Shown: positions 60,429 through 64,000 of the stretch, in pieces | Position numbering within the stretch: the stretch's first letter is position 1 | Layout of the letters: the number at the start of each line of letters is the position of its first letter | DNA from: Promethearchaeota archaeon | GTDB taxonomy: Archaea > Asgardarchaeota > Lokiarchaeia > Sigyniarchaeales > SOKP01 | Reading direction: 5' to 3' | Assembly: GCA_019058245.1 (NCBI GenBank) | Contig: JAHPZJ010000030.1 | Coordinates: forward strand, 96,001-160,000 | DNA length: 64,000 bases | Translations under genes and position numbers: made by a program | The notes under the pieces: model-generated | Databases searched by the model: none | Seen by the model: only the letters and a program-made list of their open reading frames with translations | Told to the model about the DNA's origin: nothing

Positions 60429-61529
60429 TTAATTTTGAAATTGTTGCTTTATTCTATTGAAAAGTGGTTTATTTCTATCTATACAGTTTACATCTGATAA
60501 TTTCCAATTTCCATTAGGATAATAGACTAAAATAGTTGAATCAAATAATTTCCAATTTATATTATTAAACCCAATATCATAACCCACCACTTTAAATCCT
60601 TTTTTCAAAGCAAGAGACATTGAGTTTATTCCATTATCTGTAGTTGGAATGTTCCATAGAATTATTCTCCAATTTTTATATCTCTTTAATAAATTGTTAA
60701 GAGATTTTTCGTTAATATAACCATATAATTTCAAATTCGCCATATAATAATCTTTAGAGACACCATAGAGTTCATAACTTTTGCTCGTATCTACTTTTTT
60801 AGTAATTAAGGTATCACATTTCATCTTCTTAGATTGATCCTTAATAAATTCATAAGTAGAGATTATATATTCATTATCTAATAGAAAAACAGTATTATCC
60901 CTTTTTTTCCATAAATTTTTAAAAATTATTGAATATAATATGGCAGATTCTTCTATTTGGGGGGGACTTGGATTGTTATCATTTAATTCAATATACCTTT
61001 TATCTCCAAAATTGATATACGAAGGAATTATACTTTGTAATATTGCCCCGGCATTTTGAGCAGCGATTTGAACATTAGCCTTAGGACCACGAACCTCAGT
61101 ATCAACCCTCAATACATTTTTAAAACGTGGCATTTTTAAGATAGTTATAAGTCCTGCTCCTACTATTCTTGTAGTAATTCCTTGACCTTGAAAATCTTTC
61201 CTTACTATCAAACTACCAGCATGACCGATATATCTCTCTTTTTCAACTAAAGCACAACCAACAGTTACTTTGTTTTCTAATAAATCACATAGAACCCATA
61301 ATTTATTTGGATTTACGATATCTTTTTTTAAAAGTTCAATATCATAGACAATAGGATTAATGTAATTATAATTATATACTTCTCTAAACATAGATGAGAT
61401 ATTTTTTGCATCTTTTAGGGTGGCAAATCTTATTCCATATTCATTTTCACCTTTAAGAATGAATTTTTGAAAATATCTCTCTTTCTCTTTTTTTGCGTTT
61501 TTTAACTCTATTTTACTAATTGCAGCCAC
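60429..61529 (-). CDS. GNAT domain-containing protein
   Basis: IRFATLKD, LIVRKDFQGQGI. Confidence 0.75.
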   Translation of the reverse strand: MAAISKIELKNAKKEKERYFQKFILKGENEYGIRFATLKDAKNISSMFREVYNYNYINPIVYDIELLKKDIVNPNKLWVLCDLLENKVTVGCALVEKERYIGHAGSLIVRKDFQGQGITTRIVGAGLITILKMPRFKNVLRVDTEVRGPKANVQIAAQNAGAILQSIIPSYINFGDKRYIELNDNNPSPPQIEESAILYSIIFKNLWKKRDNTVFLLDNEYIISTYEFIKDQSKKMKCDTLITKKVDTSKSYELYGVSKDYYMANLKLYGYINEKSLNNLLKRYKNWRIILWNIPTTDNGINSMSLALKKGFKVVGYDIGFNNINWKLFDSTILVYYPNGNWKLSDVNCIDRNKPLFNRIKQQFQN

Positions 61530-61696
61530 TGTACTAATCCCCTTGCCTTTATCGACAAAAATTTGGTTAAGTAATTGTTTTTAATAAGATATTTAAAATT
61601 TTCTAAAATTTCATAGGAAAAAAAAGAAAATTTGTCAAGATATAAAATGATTAGATTTATGAAAAGTCAATCTCTTTAAATTAGAGAAGTATTTTA

Positions 61697-62449
61697 TCAT
61701 AATTTTAATTTGGCACCAATTCCGTTATACATAAGATAACCCCAAAGTATTACTGAAACAGAAAGAATACTAATTAATATTCTAAAATTATAATCTTTTA
61801 CCGGATCCAAGAGATTATATACACACAACGAATAAAAAATATAAGCCACTCCTAAAAAACCCACTAAATGATATTTCCACTTTTTTTTTAATGCACTTGA
61901 TTCGAACTGAAAATAGATTTTAAAATTTGTATAAATAACTGGAATATTTGTAAAACAGCTTATTACTGTAATTACATACATAAAAAAAATCAAACCCCAT
62001 TTAGGTGCTCCATTAATTATTTGAATTCCCAAAAATGGTTCTAATGAATTATCAAGAATTTCTCCTAGCAGAACTAGTATTATCATACCTGCTAATAACA
62101 CAGTTCCATATAGTAAAATAAATTTCAATTGTCGTTTAACAGAATAAACGAGAGTTGATTCTAGTATTATCATATTTACAATAAGAAGAAAAATTGGACC
62201 TAAAAAAAAAAAGTAATTAGTCAAGAAATTTAGAATTAAAATTGCTAATCTATTACTTATACCAGCATATACCATATTTAAAACAAAACCAATTGAATAA
62301 CAAATAAAAAATCCACTAGCAACAATATTTAGCCGTTGTCTATTTCTTTTTAGAATTTTATAAGCTATCATTGAAAAATAGACAAATGAAATAGTAAAAA
62401 CTATATAAATTATTATAGTTCTTGTAAGATCAATCTGAAAAAATACTAT
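61697..62449 (-). CDS. About 7-TM membrane protein (paralog of 58688..59407), probable ATA start
   Basis: Track ORF starts at 62371, but the frame extends 26 codons (IVFFQIDLTRTIIIYIVF...) aligning with the paralog N-terminus MSFYQLSIPRFFTVYI; GGTG 7 nt upstream. Confidence 0.7.
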   Translation of the reverse strand: MVFFQIDLTRTIIIYIVFTISFVYFSMIAYKILKRNRQRLNIVASGFFICYSIGFVLNMVYAGISNRLAILILNFLTNYFFFLGPIFLLIVNMIILESTLVYSVKRQLKFILLYGTVLLAGMIILVLLGEILDNSLEPFLGIQIINGAPKWGLIFFMYVITVISCFTNIPVIYTNFKIYFQFESSALKKKWKYHLVGFLGVAYIFYSLCVYNLLDPVKDYNFRILISILSVSVILWGYLMYNGIGAKLKL

Positions 62450-62671
62450 TATGTTGCACCAAATATTTGTTAATTAGTTATTTATTTTAGAATTCTTTTT
62501 TCGTCTATAAATAAATTTCTTATTAATTTATTACAAATAATTATTTGACAATAATGTTATGATAAAAAAATGGCTCTGTTTTCAAAATAATTAAATTAAC
62601 TAAATATAAATTCTCTTTTACTTTATAAAAATTAGAGAAAATTAATTAGTATTTAAAAAGCAAAACTAATT

Positions 62672-63247
62672 TTACATAAAACTTAATTTCTTTAATCTAA
62701 GAGGAATATCCCATTGTTTCAAGAATTTTACAACACTATAAGGTAAAAATTGTTCCCATTCCTTATCTTGAATTATAGCTTCACGAATATCACTTGAGCT
62801 TAACCCTTTCTTCTCAGGCGTAACTTCCCATAGAATGTGAATTTTCAATCCTAATAACTCAAATTTTTTTTTTTTTTCTCTACCCCAATCATCATAAATT
62901 GTGAGAAAGAATACCGCGTCTATTGGTACATAGTATTTAATTAGTTCTGGTACATTTATAGGGAATGGGACAATAGAAAAATCAGTAAAGTGTAAGTTTT
63001 GTTCTAAAAGAGCTTCTTGTAACATTCTATAACGTTCATAGTATGTTAAGGGATTGGCAATAGGGGTACTCCTATGAGGATTTGTCTCTGAATCTCTGGT
63101 TAGGGAAGGATCCGGATTGGTAATACCTACTATAAGATGGTTGCATAATTGTTTTCCTGCTAAGAGGTATTTTATATGATCATTATGTAAAATTTGGAAT
63201 CTTCCATGAATCACGCCAATATCGTATTTAGGTTCTTTACTATCCAT
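62672..63247 (-). CDS. Cytidylyltransferase-family nucleotidyltransferase (NMN adenylyltransferase-like)
   Basis: HGRFQ.LHNDH (HxGH variant), GITNPD, NPLTYYER, SSSDIR. Confidence 0.85.
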   Translation of the reverse strand: MDSKEPKYDIGVIHGRFQILHNDHIKYLLAGKQLCNHLIVGITNPDPSLTRDSETNPHRSTPIANPLTYYERYRMLQEALLEQNLHFTDFSIVPFPINVPELIKYYVPIDAVFFLTIYDDWGREKKKKFELLGLKIHILWEVTPEKKGLSSSDIREAIIQDKEWEQFLPYSVVKFLKQWDIPLRLKKLSFM

Positions 63248-63439
63248 TTTATTTATAATTTATAGATAGATTATTGTAAGTTAAATAATTCAAAAACCAT
63301 TATAATGTTTTTTTTATTATTATGATTTCTAGTTACCTTTTTAGTACTTCGAACAGTTAAAAAGCTGGTTACGATTTAAAATTATTAAATGACAAATTAT
63401 TTTTAAATAAAAGAAAGAAAGTATAATCAAATAAAGAGT

Positions 63440-63907
63440 TTAAATATAGTATCCCGTGTTATCTTCTTTATATTTATCCTTGTCGTCATCCTTGTCATCA
63501 TCATCATTTCCTAGCAATTTTTTATAGAAATATTTCATCATTTTCTCAGGATCACCTTCAAAATCTTTAAGATCTTTTAAATCACGAGGATCAATTCGTA
63601 TAATACCCCCTTTTTTCAAGGGAATAATTTTATTACGAAATGTTTTTTCCATTCTTTCTTGTTCTCTCTCATTTTGAAGTAGTTCTTTTTTCATTAAATC
63701 TTTCAATTCATTTACGACAAGTTTATCCAAATAACTCGGATCAAATTCAAGAAGTTCTTCTGTACTGTAGAATTTACTAATTCTTTTAATAGCTCTATCT
63801 TTTTTGAATTCAGGGATTTGACTAATGCTTTCAAGATTGAGCAATGATAAAATATTTAACCAATCAAGTTTAGTAGTCCAACAGTATTGTTTATCGTCTT
63901 CTTCCAT
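63440..63907 (-). CDS. Hypothetical protein with acidic C-terminal tail
   Basis: 155-aa ORF, D/K-rich tail ending in GYYI. Confidence 0.7.
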   Translation of the reverse strand: MEEDDKQYCWTTKLDWLNILSLLNLESISQIPEFKKDRAIKRISKFYSTEELLEFDPSYLDKLVVNELKDLMKKELLQNEREQERMEKTFRNKIIPLKKGGIIRIDPRDLKDLKDFEGDPEKMMKYFYKKLLGNDDDDKDDDKDKYKEDNTGYYI

Positions 63908-64000
63908 TTTTAATACAATTTTTTAGCTAATTGATAAAATGCATTGAATAAAATAAACTTTTTTTAAAAAATACTATTTTGCAAACAACAATAGAACTTA

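Noticed and set aside
1-64000. tRNA, rRNA, CRISPR arrays, transposases, integrases
   Set aside because: No GC-rich structured RNA block, regular repeat-spacer pattern or recombinase motif was recognised by eye; a covariance-model scan was not possible.

Overview
AT-rich archaeal chromosomal window, most likely an Asgard archaeon of the Lokiarchaeia/Promethearchaeota type. This is inferred from the co-occurrence of a Rab-like small GTPase, many longin/roadblock proteins, 7TM-longin fusions, Alba, archaeal CODH/ACS subunits and TPR/LRR proteins. Content in order: glycyl-tRNA synthetase and mixed housekeeping genes; an acyl-CoA degradation cluster; a polar amino acid ABC transporter; arginine biosynthesis (argH, then argJBDCG plus a stand-alone Lrp/AsnC RAM domain); a histidine operon (hisIE-G-D-C-B-H plus a hisA-hisF fusion); an LRR-TIR gene convergent on an orphan N6-MTase-TRD fusion; alba; a gingipain; cooT/cdhB/cdhC; and a GTPase/7TM-longin cluster. 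The main finding is that both amino acid operons are preceded by short ORFs missing from the ORF track, each ending in a run of cognate codons: ...LARRRRLLIY* (rare CGT/CGC codons) before argJ and ...YLHHWLHHE* before hisIE. Each is followed by alternative hairpins and, for arg, U-tracts. This is the layout of leader-peptide (ribosome-mediated) attenuation, apparently in an Asgard archaeon. No tRNA, rRNA, CRISPR array or transposase was recognised. Family assignments come from motif recognition, not database searches.
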